Part shown: one piece after another, positions 32,286 through 42,866 of the stretch | How positions within the stretch are numbered: the first letter of the stretch is position 1 | Layout: every line of letters starts with the position of its first letter | Source of the DNA: an uncultured Micavibrio sp. | Lineage (GTDB): Bacteria > Patescibacteriota > Minisyncoccia > Moranbacterales > GCA-2747515 | NCBI GenBank assembly: GCA_964534895.1 | Contig: CAZHQB010000001.1 | Coordinates: 561-64,560 of the forward strand | Length of the DNA stretch: 64,000 nucleotides | Direction of reading: 5' to 3' | Translations under genes and position numbers: made by a program | The notes under the pieces: generated by a model | The model's input: only the letters and a program-made list of their open reading frames with translations | Databases searched by the model: none | What the model was told of the DNA's origin: nothing

Positions 32286-34013
32286 TTGTTTATCAAATCT
32301 TCAATATTTCGTACAATCTTTTCACCAAAATTATTATTTCACGCAACAAAGAATGTTTCTGTGTTTAAAAAAACGATCATTCTATTCCTAATAGTTATCA
32401 TCGTTGGAAGTTTTATATGGTGGATTATATCAATTTATTATTTTATGACTGTAGCAAATCCTGCTAGAGGAGGACAATATACAGAAGCGTATGTTGGGCA
32501 ACCTAGGTACATAAATCCACTTTTGTCACATTCTTCTTCAGCAGATCGTGGATTAGTGAAATTGATTTTTAGTGGATTATTTGATTATAATGAAAATGGT
32601 CTTTTGCGAGAGGATATTGCAGAGAATTTTGAAGTAAGTGATGATGTAAAGGAATATACTATTTTTTTACGTAAAGATGTAAAATGGCATGATGGAGAGA
32701 GCCTAACTGTTGATGATGTCATGTATACATTAGATACTGCAAAGGATATTGCATATGGAGCAGCAGGTGTGAGTAATGATATGCGTCTTGTGTGGAGTGA
32801 TGTTAAATATGAAAAAATTGATGATTATACAATTAAATTTATTTTAAGCGAACCTAATAGTGATTTTTTGCATAATTTGACGATAGGAATACTGCCAAAA
32901 CATATTTGGGAGAATATTAGCCCTGAACAATTTCAATTGTCAGAGTATAATCAAAAACCCATTGGATCGGGGCCATATACATTTGTAGATTTAAAGATTG
33001 ATGAAGATAAAGATATTATCTCTTCTTACACATTGCGAGCAAATAAAATGTATTATAAAGGAGAAGCTTTTATTACAAAATTTGTTATAAATTTTTATTC
33101 AACACGTGCAGATGCAATTGCTGCATACAACGATGGAGTAGTATCAGCAGTAATTGTTGATAAAAAGAAATATGTCGAGGCTTTGAATAAAGTTGCCCAA
33201 ATAAAATCTATAAAATTACCACATTATTTTGCAGTTTTTTTCAATCAAACAAAAAGTGTACCACTTGCTTTTAAAGAAGTGAGAGAAGCACTTGTGTTAG
33301 CAACTGATAAAAATGAAATTATAGAAAAAGTATTTGCAAATAATGCAGATGTTAGACGGTCTCCTTTTGCGGATGGTGTTATTGGATTTAATAAGGACAT
33401 GCAGCAGGCTTCGTTTAATGCAGACAATGCCAAGGATCTTTTGGAAAAAAGTGGTTGGAAAATAAAAGATGATGGTATTCGTATGAAAAATGAAGATAGA
33501 TTATCGTTTACATTACATATTAATGCTAATCATGAAGAACTTGCACAAGTTGCTCAAATATTAAAAGAACAATGGAGAAAAATTGGTGTAGAATTAAAAA
33601 TTCAAGAGCATCAAAAAAGTGATTTAGAAGCGAATATTATAAAACCTCGTGATTATGATGCTTTGCTTTATGCACATCAAATGCGTTTTGAACCAAATTT
33701 ATTACCGCTCTGGCATGGAGCAGAAAAGGATGACCCTGGTGTGAATTATGCTCTTTTTGATGATAAGCAAATGAATGATTATTTAGAAGCTCTTGTTGCA
33801 GAAAAAAATGATGATACTCGTAAAAAATTATATAAGAAACAACAAGAACGTTTAAAAAATGAAGTTCCTGCAGTATTTCTTTTTGCCCCAAATCTTTCTT
33901 TTATGTATAATGATAATATAAAAAATATTCGTGTAAATCGGGCAAATATATCGAGTGATAGATATGTGGATGTTCATTTGTGGTATATTAAAGAAAAACG
34001 TGTAAAAAAATAG
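32286..34013 (+). CDS. Peptide ABC transporter substrate-binding protein (family 5), TM-anchored
   Basis: INPLL, LRKDVKWHDG, ILPKHIW, PIGSGPY, EVREAL; TTG start. Confidence 0.9.
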   Translation: MFIKSSIFRTIFSPKLLFHATKNVSVFKKTIILFLIVIIVGSFIWWIISIYYFMTVANPARGGQYTEAYVGQPRYINPLLSHSSSADRGLVKLIFSGLFDYNENGLLREDIAENFEVSDDVKEYTIFLRKDVKWHDGESLTVDDVMYTLDTAKDIAYGAAGVSNDMRLVWSDVKYEKIDDYTIKFILSEPNSDFLHNLTIGILPKHIWENISPEQFQLSEYNQKPIGSGPYTFVDLKIDEDKDIISSYTLRANKMYYKGEAFITKFVINFYSTRADAIAAYNDGVVSAVIVDKKKYVEALNKVAQIKSIKLPHYFAVFFNQTKSVPLAFKEVREALVLATDKNEIIEKVFANNADVRRSPFADGVIGFNKDMQQASFNADNAKDLLEKSGWKIKDDGIRMKNEDRLSFTLHINANHEELAQVAQILKEQWRKIGVELKIQEHQKSDLEANIIKPRDYDALLYAHQMRFEPNLLPLWHGAEKDDPGVNYALFDDKQMNDYLEALVAEKNDDTRKKLYKKQQERLKNEVPAVFLFAPNLSFMYNDNIKNIRVNRANISSDRYVDVHLWYIKEKRVKK

Positions 34014-34120
34014 TATAGAATCCTTATGTTTTGCAGATTAGTATTTTTTTAATTATGTATAGTATAAGGAAATATTTGTAATTAATAATTTGTTAAAATG
34101 TAAAAATTTTAAATAAAAAA

Positions 34121-35143
34121 ATGAAAAAAAATATTGACAAAAGTAATCTTCGTAGAGTAATTTTATCAACGGCAGATCAGTTTAAAGAGGGGGTGGCTAT
34201 TGCGAAAGATATTAATATAAATGTGCAATTTTCGCGTGTTATGGTATCTGGAATGGGGGGGAGTGCACTACATGCAAATGTATTAAGAATTATTTTGAAT
34301 GATACTGCTAAAAAATATAATCACTATAGGGTAACATCAGTTTATCAGAACCGTTTTTATAAACTGCCACCAGAAGCATATAATGATTGCTTAAATATCA
34401 TTTGTTCACACTCAGGAAACACTGAAGAGACGATAGCATCTTTTGAAGAAGCATTAGAAAATAATTTACCGTGTATAGGAATTTCATCTGGAGGTATTAT
34501 CAAAGACATGTGTAAAAAAAATAACGTGCCACATATAAAATTACCAATTCCTTTTGAAAATTTTCAACCACGTATGGCTACTGGACATTTTGTATCTTCA
34601 ATTTTACAAGTTTTAGTAAACGCAAAAAAACTTCCAAAAGAAATTGTAGAAATGGATGAAATTAGTGAACAATTAAGAGATGCTACACTACAAATGGAAG
34701 AACGAGGTAAAAGAATTGCTGAAATTTTAGTTGGAAAAACTCCTATAATATATGCTTCGACAAAATTTAAGGCGTTAGCGATGATTTGGAAAATTAAAAT
34801 TAATGAAAATGCAAAGACACCAGCATTTTGGAATTATTTTCCAGAACTAAATCATAATGAATTTGTTGGTTTTTCAAATCCACAGGCACAATTTCATATA
34901 CTTATGCTTAGGGATTTAAAAGATTATTCACGTAATTTATTGCGTTATAAATTAACAGCAAAATTTTTGGAGAAAAAAGGAATAAAGACGGAGATTATTG
35001 ACATGCCAGAGGGAAATATTTTATATCGTGCATTTGCAACAATAACGTTAGCTGATTGGATTTCCTATTATCTTGCACTTGAGTATAAACAAGATCCAAC
35101 TCCTGTTGATATGGTAGAAGAATTAAAAAAAGCATTAAAATGA
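34121..35143 (+). CDS. Bifunctional phosphoglucose/phosphomannose isomerase
   Basis: GMGGS, SHSGNTEET, NENAK, PELNHNE. Confidence 0.93.
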   Translation: MKKNIDKSNLRRVILSTADQFKEGVAIAKDININVQFSRVMVSGMGGSALHANVLRIILNDTAKKYNHYRVTSVYQNRFYKLPPEAYNDCLNIICSHSGNTEETIASFEEALENNLPCIGISSGGIIKDMCKKNNVPHIKLPIPFENFQPRMATGHFVSSILQVLVNAKKLPKEIVEMDEISEQLRDATLQMEERGKRIAEILVGKTPIIYASTKFKALAMIWKIKINENAKTPAFWNYFPELNHNEFVGFSNPQAQFHILMLRDLKDYSRNLLRYKLTAKFLEKKGIKTEIIDMPEGNILYRAFATITLADWISYYLALEYKQDPTPVDMVEELKKALK

Positions 35144-35146
35144 TCC

Positions 35147-35175
35147 TTGCATATAGTATATTTTTATGCTATAAT
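35147..35175 (+). promoter_or_regulatory. Promoter upstream of the rnj leader
   Basis: TTGCAT-17 nt-TATAAT with an extended TG. Confidence 0.55.
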
Positions 35176-35190
35176 AAATAGACTATTAAA

Positions 35191-35394
35191 GAGATCACTG
35201 AAAAACTAATAATTTGTCATTTTGATTGTAGCGTAAGCAGAATGGAGAAATATCTAAATTAACAGTTTTATTAAATTCTTACAGATTTGAGTGCCACAGA
35301 GTATATTCTCTGCCTACGGTATTTACCTCATTCTCTCGAATTCACTTACGCTGTGTTCAAGATGACAACAAATTTTAATTTTTTAGTGTTCTAA
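35191..35394. mobile_element. About 200-bp palindromic MITE-like repeat, copy 1
   Basis: Arms TTGTCATTTTGATTGTAGCGTAAG / CTTACGCTGTGTTCAAGATGACAA. Its reverse complement aligns end to end with 62895-63096. Confidence 0.75.
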
Positions 35395-35478
35395 TTAAAT
35401 TACTTTTCGAATTTATAGTAAATAGCTATTTGTATATCTCTTGTTGAAAGAGAGCATTGATGTTGTTTTTACGCAATA

Positions 35479-35568
35479 TATCTTGTGTATAATTTTTTAA
35501 ACGAGACTATACTGGAGATAAGTTTTGTAATAAAAGCTTATTGGAAGTTCGAATCTTTCGCGGGATAC
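35479..35568 (+). ncRNA. tRNA-like structure / pseudo-tRNA upstream of rnj
   Basis: T-arm GGAAG-TTCGAAT-CTTTC, acceptor-like TATCTTGT/GCGGGATA, long variable-arm-like hairpin; D and anticodon arms not recognisable. Confidence 0.4.
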
Positions 35569-35711
35569 ACATTATAAAGCAAGAGTAATATAGAAGAATA
35601 AAATGGTCGATATTTTTTATTAATAATATTACTAATAAATCTTTCTTATGTAATCAGTAAACGTATGTCATTTTTAGTTTAATCAAGAAGTGGGCATACA
35701 TAATTTTAATT

Positions 35712-37778
35712 ATGATAAAAAAAACAAGAAAAACACGTCAAACGACTAGTACAAAAAATAATAATATGGGGCGTATTGTAAGTAGAACAGCACAACGAAA
35801 TGCACAAAAGGCGCGTGAAAATGCGCAAAAAAAAGGAACTAAAAATGATAGTGCACGCGAAAGCATTAAAAAAAATACACAAAAAAAACGTGGTGTGACA
35901 ACAAAAAAAACTTCACGTAAATATAGTACAAAGAAGACTGTTAAACGTATTAATAATCAACCATTAAATAAAAAAAAGAAGACGGTAAAGAAAATTAATA
36001 AAAATAATAAAAAACGTGGCGGGAGAAAACAAACATTACCAACAAACGCTGAGCGTATCGTATTATCAACACGATCAAATGGGGAACAACACATTCAGAA
36101 AGTTCCTAGGGTAGAAAAAGATACTTTGCGTATTATTCCAATCGGAGGGCAAGAAGAAGTTGGTCGTAATATGGTGATATTTGAATATGGTAAGGATATT
36201 GTGATTGTTGATATGGGAATGCAATTTCCAGAAGAAGATATGCCAGGTATTGATTATATTGTACCAAATACAAATTATCTTAAAGGTAAAGAACAAAATA
36301 TTCGTGGTGTAATCTTTACACATGGACATTTGGACCATATTGGAGCTGCACCTATATTATTAAAACAATTGGGATATCCTCCCGTTATTGCGCGTGATCT
36401 CACATTAGCTCTCATTAAGAAAAAATTAGAAGATGGTGATCCAGGTGCTAGTGATAAGATGCGTACAATTAGCATAAAAAATATTGATAGAAAAATTAGA
36501 CTTGGGGCTTTTGTTGCAAATTTTTTTGAAGTAGAACATTCAATAATGGATTCTATGGGAGTAGCTCTTGAGACACCAGTCGGGACACCTATTCACTTAG
36601 GAGATTGGATGATTAATCATGATCCAGTTGATGGTAAAACTGTTACATATGAAGCACTTAAAAATTTTAAAGAGCCGCGTATTCTTATGCTCGAAAGTTT
36701 AGGTGTAATGGCAAAAAAGTCAAAGAGTGACAAAGATGTCCAAGGTAATATTGAAACTCTTATAAGAGATGCAAAAGGTCGTATAATACTTGCTACTTTT
36801 TCATCACAAATTAAACGTATAAAATTATTGCTTCAGTATGCTCAAAAACTTGGAAAAAAAGTTGCATTAGATGGGTATTCTATGCGAACAAATATTGAAA
36901 TTGCACAACAATTAGGTTATTTAAATGTGGCGAAGAATTTATTAATACCAATTAATGATATTGATAAATACCCAGATAATAAAATATTGATACTTTGTAC
37001 AGGGGCACAAGGAGAGCATAATGCAGTATTAAATCGTATTGTTACAGATAATCATAGATTTATAAAATTAAAGAAAACGGATACCATTGTATTTTCTTCA
37101 TCTGTTATACCAGGAAATGAACGTTCAGTTCAAAGGTTAAAAGATAATTTGTATCGTAAATGTGATAATGTTGTTCATTCTAATATTATGATACATACCA
37201 GCGGACATGCAACACAAGATGATATAAAAGCTATGATTAAATATGCACAACCACAATATTTTATTCCAATTTATGCAAATTATTTTATGTTAAAAGAAGC
37301 AGCTAAACTTGCAATAGAAATGGGATTTCCACCAAAACGGATTGGTATATTAGATAATGGTGGAATAATTGAGTTTAGTAAAAAAGGCGGTCGTATTCGT
37401 AAAGAAAAAGCAGATTCTAGTTATGTATTTGTTGATGGACTTGGGGTTGGTGATATAGGTCATGTAGTCCTTAGAGATAGACAGATGTTGTCAGCGGATG
37501 GTATGTATGTAATCACAGTACTTGTAGATAGTAAGACAAAAGAAGTTGTTGGTAATATGCAAATTACTTCTAGGGGATTTATTTATGTTAAGGAAAATTT
37601 CGATCTTGTAAATGAGACAAAACGTAAGGTTAAGAGTATAATTAAAAAATCAACAAGTAGAGATACAAAAATAGATTTTCGACAAGTAGAAAATGATATA
37701 CGGGACAAGATTGGAGAGTATCTTTTTCAAAAAACTCAGAGACGGCCGATGATTTTACCTGTTGTTATTGAGGTATAA
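35712..37778 (+). CDS. rnj: Ribonuclease J with long basic N-terminal extension
   Basis: IGGQEEVGRNM, THGHLDHIG, VEHSI, TGAQGE, HTSGH, RRPMILPV. Confidence 0.96.
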   Translation: MIKKTRKTRQTTSTKNNNMGRIVSRTAQRNAQKARENAQKKGTKNDSARESIKKNTQKKRGVTTKKTSRKYSTKKTVKRINNQPLNKKKKTVKKINKNNKKRGGRKQTLPTNAERIVLSTRSNGEQHIQKVPRVEKDTLRIIPIGGQEEVGRNMVIFEYGKDIVIVDMGMQFPEEDMPGIDYIVPNTNYLKGKEQNIRGVIFTHGHLDHIGAAPILLKQLGYPPVIARDLTLALIKKKLEDGDPGASDKMRTISIKNIDRKIRLGAFVANFFEVEHSIMDSMGVALETPVGTPIHLGDWMINHDPVDGKTVTYEALKNFKEPRILMLESLGVMAKKSKSDKDVQGNIETLIRDAKGRIILATFSSQIKRIKLLLQYAQKLGKKVALDGYSMRTNIEIAQQLGYLNVAKNLLIPINDIDKYPDNKILILCTGAQGEHNAVLNRIVTDNHRFIKLKKTDTIVFSSSVIPGNERSVQRLKDNLYRKCDNVVHSNIMIHTSGHATQDDIKAMIKYAQPQYFIPIYANYFMLKEAAKLAIEMGFPPKRIGILDNGGIIEFSKKGGRIRKEKADSSYVFVDGLGVGDIGHVVLRDRQMLSADGMYVITVLVDSKTKEVVGNMQITSRGFIYVKENFDLVNETKRKVKSIIKKSTSRDTKIDFRQVENDIRDKIGEYLFQKTQRRPMILPVVIEV

Positions 37779-37804
37779 TTTGTAAGATTGAATTATCAAA
37801 CATA

Positions 37805-38227
37805 ATGAATCTTAGGCAAAGTATTAAGAAGGCGCAAATGAATTTCAAGCAAATGATTCCTATTTTGATTGGAGTTTTGTTGTTGGCAAATTTATTGAAT
37901 GTAATTTTGCAGAAATATTATGTAGTATTATTTAGCGGAAATTATTGGAAGGATACCGTTGTAGGGGCTTTAGTTGGAAGTTTTTCTTTTGGAGTAGCCT
38001 TAACTAGTTATATTGTTGGTGGAGAATTTCTAGATAAAGGTGTAAGCTTATTGGCAGTGACAGCTTTTATTATGACTTGGACAACGGTGGGGGTGGTGAT
38101 GTTACCCTTAGAAGCTAAAATGTTGGGTAAAAAATTTGCCATTTGGCGAAATATTTTAAATTTTATATTTGCTATTGTTATTTCTATTTTGACAGTGGTG
38201 ATTTTGGAGATGTTAGATATAAGATAA
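37805..38227 (+). CDS. Predicted permease half (DUF318/ArsP-like)
   Basis: 4 TM; GVSLLAVTAF..LPLEAKMLGKKFA..RN. Confidence 0.75.
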   Translation: MNLRQSIKKAQMNFKQMIPILIGVLLLANLLNVILQKYYVVLFSGNYWKDTVVGALVGSFSFGVALTSYIVGGEFLDKGVSLLAVTAFIMTWTTVGVVMLPLEAKMLGKKFAIWRNILNFIFAIVISILTVVILEMLDIR

Positions 38228-38260
38228 ATAGTGTTTTTTGAGTGATTGAAATTTTGTATT

Positions 38261-38776
38261 ATGAATAGGCAAAAACAGGAAAAACAAAAGAATAAAATTT
38301 CTGGAGTGCTCGTTTTTTGGATAGTAATTTTAGTATTATATTCAATTATTTTTGTAATAAAACCAGAATTGGCTCAGCAGGGCATTATTCATACTGGACA
38401 AACTTTATTAAAGATATTGCCAATTTTTATCTTAATTTTTGGAATAATGATTTTGACTAATATGTTTTTAACTCCAGAAAGAGTAAAAAAGCATTTTGGT
38501 AAAGAGGCTGGTTTGAGGGGTTGGATGTATGCTTTAATTTTTGGTGTTTTGGTAGCTGGTCCACCGTATGCACTTTATCCAATGTTAAAAAACATGAAAG
38601 AACATGGTTTGAAAACTAGTTATCTAGCTACCTTTTTGTATAATCGTAATGTTAAAATTCCTTTAATCCCAGTGATGTGGTATTACTTCGGTTGGCAATA
38701 TACAGTAATTTTGACAATTTTGGTAATTGTTTTTTCAATATTTAGTGGTATAATAATGGAGTGGATAGATGACTAA
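38261..38776 (+). CDS. Predicted permease half (DUF318/ArsP-like)
   Basis: VKKHFGKEAG, GPPYALYP; paired with the previous gene. Confidence 0.75.
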   Translation: MNRQKQEKQKNKISGVLVFWIVILVLYSIIFVIKPELAQQGIIHTGQTLLKILPIFILIFGIMILTNMFLTPERVKKHFGKEAGLRGWMYALIFGVLVAGPPYALYPMLKNMKEHGLKTSYLATFLYNRNVKIPLIPVMWYYFGWQYTVILTILVIVFSIFSGIIMEWIDD

Positions 38777-38795
38777 AAAATAAATTGATTAATTT

Positions 38796-39782
38796 ATGCA
38801 AAAAACATTTTCAGGAGTTCAACCTAGTGGTGAGTTACATTTAGGAAATTATTTAGGTGCTATTAGAAGTTGGGTAAATATGCAGGAAGAATTTGACGCA
38901 ACTTTTTGTATTGTGGACCTTCACGCTATTACAGTGGATCAAGATCCAAAGGAATTGAATAGAAGAATTTTGGATGTTGCAAAAATGTATATAGCATTAG
39001 GGATAAATCCTAAAAAGTCAAATATTTTTGTTCAATCAGATGTAAGCGCGCATGCAGAGTTGTGTTGGATTTTGAATTGTACAGTAGCTCGTATGGGTGA
39101 TATGGAAAAAATGACACAATTTAAAGACAAAAGTGCAAAAGGTGGTGCAGAGCGTGCAAGTGTTGGATTGTTTGATTATCCTGTACTTATGGCTGCAGAT
39201 ATTTTGCTTTATGATACAGATGTTGTGCCCGTGGGTGAAGATCAAATTCAACATGTCGAGCTCGCTCGTACGTTGGCTAGACGATTTAATAAAAAATTTG
39301 GGGATACTTTTGTGGTACCTGAATATAAATTGAATAAAGAAGGAGGGCGTATTATGGGTTTGGATAATCCTCAGAAAAAAATGAGTAAATCTGCAACAAG
39401 CGAATATAATTATATAAATTTAATGGACAGTCCCAATGCTGTGCGTAAAAAAATAAGAAAAGCTGTTACTGATAGTGAAAAATATATAAGTTATTCTAGT
39501 AATAGACCTGCTGTGCAAAATTTGATAAATATTTATTCGTTACTTTCAAATAAAAATACGAAAGATATCGAACAAATATATAATGGTAAAGGATTTGGAG
39601 AGTTTAAGGTTGATTTGGCTGAAGTGATTAATGAGTTTTTAGAGTCATTTCAGAAAAAAGCAAACAACATTAATGATGATGATGTAAAAGTGATTTTAAA
39701 CGCGGGAGCAAGAAATGCAAAGAAACAAGCTGATAAAAAAATAAAAGATATAAAAAATAAAATTGGATTTATTAATAAATAA
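38796..39782 (+). CDS. trpS: Tryptophan--tRNA ligase
   Basis: HLGN, YPVLMAADIL, PVGEDQ, KMSKS. Confidence 0.98.
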   Translation: MQKTFSGVQPSGELHLGNYLGAIRSWVNMQEEFDATFCIVDLHAITVDQDPKELNRRILDVAKMYIALGINPKKSNIFVQSDVSAHAELCWILNCTVARMGDMEKMTQFKDKSAKGGAERASVGLFDYPVLMAADILLYDTDVVPVGEDQIQHVELARTLARRFNKKFGDTFVVPEYKLNKEGGRIMGLDNPQKKMSKSATSEYNYINLMDSPNAVRKKIRKAVTDSEKYISYSSNRPAVQNLINIYSLLSNKNTKDIEQIYNGKGFGEFKVDLAEVINEFLESFQKKANNINDDDVKVILNAGARNAKKQADKKIKDIKNKIGFINK

Positions 39783-39792
39783 TTTTAGTTAT

Positions 39793-40248
39793 ATGTTTAA
39801 AGAGTCGATATTACCAAAAAATACTTCAAAAGAAATGCTTAGTGTAATGGAACCTTTGACATTGTCAATGAAAGAGGCTGGCATAAGATATAATGAGAAG
39901 TCGGAGTTAGTCAAACATATACGTGACAACATTACTACTTTAGTTGCTAAAAAACAAGATAAAAATGGTGATTTATATTGGCAGGAAATAGTAAAAAAAA
40001 TCCAAGCAGTTTTTTTTGATCAGTATACTGATGAAGAATTATTAACTCATGTAATGTATCGTGTATTAAATGATATTGAAACTGATTTCGATGATAGTCA
40101 AGCCAATTCTGTTATATTTGATGAGGCGGATATGAGAGTAGATAAATTTTTAAATGATTTAGATAGAGTGAGTGATATGGATGAAATAGATTTTTTGTAT
40201 AAGCAATTAGATAGTTTACTTAAATTGCAAGAAGATATTTTGCAATAA
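39793..40248 (+). CDS. Hypothetical protein (paralog A)
   Basis: ORF; shares HVMYRVL with the next gene. Confidence 0.75.
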   Translation: MFKESILPKNTSKEMLSVMEPLTLSMKEAGIRYNEKSELVKHIRDNITTLVAKKQDKNGDLYWQEIVKKIQAVFFDQYTDEELLTHVMYRVLNDIETDFDDSQANSVIFDEADMRVDKFLNDLDRVSDMDEIDFLYKQLDSLLKLQEDILQ

Positions 40249-40272
40249 TATTATAATTGATATTAAAAAATA

Positions 40273-40884
40273 ATGGAAAAATTACAATTCACACGTGCTA
40301 AAAAACTAGATATAAATAAAACAAAAGAAACAAAAAAGCGGGAGTTAAATAATCGTGAATATTTATTTGCAATGGAAGCAGAACAAAAACGTAGAGCAAA
40401 ACAACATTTAAGAAAAATGGTTTTTGAAAATATAAAAAATATTTTAGGTTCTGAAGAAGCAATTATGAGGTTTGATGATATCGTAAGAGATATTCATAAT
40501 GTGTGTTTTGGAGATTTATTACAAGAACAAAAACAACTTACAATAGATGATGATACGCAAGTTACTTCAATAAATGATGTCGTTACAGGTAAAGCTTTGG
40601 AGCAATTTAAAAATTCTGTTGAATTGGGAAAAAATATAATTTTTAATGATAAATCAAAGAAAAAAAATGAAAAATTAATACCAGTAGGGAGAGAAGAAAT
40701 CTCCAGTCATGTTATGTATCGTGTACTTGTTGCTACACAGATTGATGATAAACTTAAGGAACGAGATCGCACATTTGTATATGATGATAGAGATAAAAAA
40801 ATTGAGAATATTTTGAATGGATTTGCAAAAGTGCAGAGTGAAGAAGAATTATTTACTTTGGAAAATAAATTAAAAAAAAGATAG
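40273..40884 (+). CDS. Hypothetical protein (paralog B)
   Basis: ORF; shares HVMYRVL and flanking helices with the previous gene. Confidence 0.8.
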   Translation: MEKLQFTRAKKLDINKTKETKKRELNNREYLFAMEAEQKRRAKQHLRKMVFENIKNILGSEEAIMRFDDIVRDIHNVCFGDLLQEQKQLTIDDDTQVTSINDVVTGKALEQFKNSVELGKNIIFNDKSKKKNEKLIPVGREEISSHVMYRVLVATQIDDKLKERDRTFVYDDRDKKIENILNGFAKVQSEEELFTLENKLKKR

Positions 40885-41000
40885 TAATATTATAAATAAA
40901 CAACATTACTCAAGAAATACGCTACATTGATGTATAAGGTATTTTATTGTTAAATGTGTATATTTTTGTAAGGATTTTATTAATAAATAGTGTCAAAATT

Positions 41001-41765
41001 ATGAAAATGAAAAACGATTACAAAGCATTTGCTTTCGATTTAGACGGAACGTTAGCAGTAAGTAAATCAGCTTTATCAGAGGAGGTGTCACAATTTTTAT
41101 GTAAATTATTATCAAAAGGTAAGTCTGTGATGATAATTTCTGGAGGTTGGATGCCTCAATTTGAAAAACAATTTTTAGCAAATTTTAAATGTCCCAAAAA
41201 GAATCTAAAGAGGTTGTATTTGATGCCAACTAGTGGTGCAGTAATGTATTTTTATGATGGAGAAAAATGGGATAAAAAATATGAACATAAAATTCCAAAG
41301 GAAGATGTGCAGATGATATCAAATGCTTTTGATAGTATTCTTAGCAAATTATCATTTAAAATGCCAAAGGAAAATATTTGGGGTGAACAATTTGAAAATC
41401 GTATCACACAAATTAGTTATTCAGCATTGGGTCAGCAAGCACCTATAGAAGAAAAAGAGAAATGGGATAGTAATGATTTAAAGAAAGCTGAAATGGTAAA
41501 ATTGTTGGTACCAATGTTACCAAAATACACAGTTAAATCTGGTGGCACGACAACAATTGATGTGACCTTAAAAGGCGTGGATAAGGGATTTGGTATGGAG
41601 CAATTTTTGAAAGAATCTGGTTTTAAAAAGGAGGAAGTGCTGTTCACAGGAGATAGATTGTATGAAGGAGGCAATGATTATGCTGTGGTGCGAACTGGAG
41701 TTGATACCTGTGAGGTTGATAACCCTAGGGATATGTTACATAAACTTTCGAAGTTTGTGGATTAG
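41001..41765 (+). CDS. HAD-IIB hydrolase, eukaryotic-type phosphomannomutase-like
   Basis: FDLDGTL, ISGG, ENR, GGTTTIDV, DKG, GDRLYEGGND. Confidence 0.88.
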   Translation: MKMKNDYKAFAFDLDGTLAVSKSALSEEVSQFLCKLLSKGKSVMIISGGWMPQFEKQFLANFKCPKKNLKRLYLMPTSGAVMYFYDGEKWDKKYEHKIPKEDVQMISNAFDSILSKLSFKMPKENIWGEQFENRITQISYSALGQQAPIEEKEKWDSNDLKKAEMVKLLVPMLPKYTVKSGGTTTIDVTLKGVDKGFGMEQFLKESGFKKEEVLFTGDRLYEGGNDYAVVRTGVDTCEVDNPRDMLHKLSKFVD

Positions 41766-41800
41766 ATTATGTGATTTTTTATTTTTTTAATTAAATTATT

Positions 41801-42853
41801 ATGAGTTTGCAGGTAGGTATAGTTGGTCTTCCAAATGTTGGAAAATCAACGCTCTTTAAAGCGTTGACAAGTAATTCAGTAGACATAAATAATTATCCGT
41901 TTTGTACAATTGAGCCAAATGTTGGGATTGTGGAAGTGCCCGATGAAAGATTGAGAAAATTGGCAGAAATGTCTAAGTCTCAAAAGATTGTGCCGGCCGT
42001 AGTTGAATTTTTAGATATTGCAGGATTAGTTAAAGGAGCTTCAAAAGGAGAGGGTTTAGGAAATAAATTTTTGGCTAATATTCGCAGTGTGGATGCTATC
42101 GCACAAGTTGTTAGAGTTTTTAAAAATGATGATATTACACATGTTCATAACTCTATTGATCCACTCAGAGATATTGAAATAATTGAGACAGAACTCATAC
42201 TTGCTGATATAGTTACAGTTGATAAGACGATTATAAGATTAGAAAAGAAAGTGCGTAGTAATGATAAAAATGCAACTGTTCAGATAAATATTGTAAAAAG
42301 TATACAAAAAGCATTAGATAAAGGAACTTTAGCGAGTAGTGTTGATATAGATATGACAGATGAATCGATTAAGCAAATCATAACAGAAATGAGTTTACTT
42401 ACAATGAAGCCAATCATATATATTTATAATGTGATTAATGTAGATGATAAATTAAATGATAAGTTGGAATTACGACCACATGTAAAATTAGATATTAAAA
42501 TTGAGGAAGAATTGATGGATATAAATTTGCAAGAAGCTGAGGAATTGGGTGTGAAATCATATCTGGATACTCTAATTGTTGAAGCATTTAAATTATTAGG
42601 ACTTCAAACATTTCTCACAACTGGTGAGGCTGAAACACGTGCGTGGACAATTAAGAGAGGTTCTACAGCTCCAGAGGCAGGCGCGGTAATTCACAATGAC
42701 TTTAAAGATGCATTTATAAAAGCTGATGTTATAAATTGGCAAAAACTTCTTAGTGCAGGAAGTTGGAGTATGGCTCGCGAAAGTGGTACAATAAAAACAG
42801 TTGGAAAAGATTATGTCATACAAGATGGCGATGTGGTAGAATTTAAAGTGTAG
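41801..42853 (+). CDS. ychF: Redox-regulated ATPase YchF
   Basis: [36 protein letters not shown] domain. Confidence 0.97.
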   Translation: MSLQVGIVGLPNVGKSTLFKALTSNSVDINNYPFCTIEPNVGIVEVPDERLRKLAEMSKSQKIVPAVVEFLDIAGLVKGASKGEGLGNKFLANIRSVDAIAQVVRVFKNDDITHVHNSIDPLRDIEIIETELILADIVTVDKTIIRLEKKVRSNDKNATVQINIVKSIQKALDKGTLASSVDIDMTDESIKQIITEMSLLTMKPIIYIYNVINVDDKLNDKLELRPHVKLDIKIEEELMDINLQEAEELGVKSYLDTLIVEAFKLLGLQTFLTTGEAETRAWTIKRGSTAPEAGAVIHNDFKDAFIKADVINWQKLLSAGSWSMARESGTIKTVGKDYVIQDGDVVEFKV

Positions 42854-42866
42854 ATATTGATAGGTC

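Noticed and set aside
35479-35568. tRNA-Sec call for the 8+5 bp tRNA-like element
   Set aside because: No UCA anticodon arm or extended D-stem, and no sel genes or in-frame TGA in the window.
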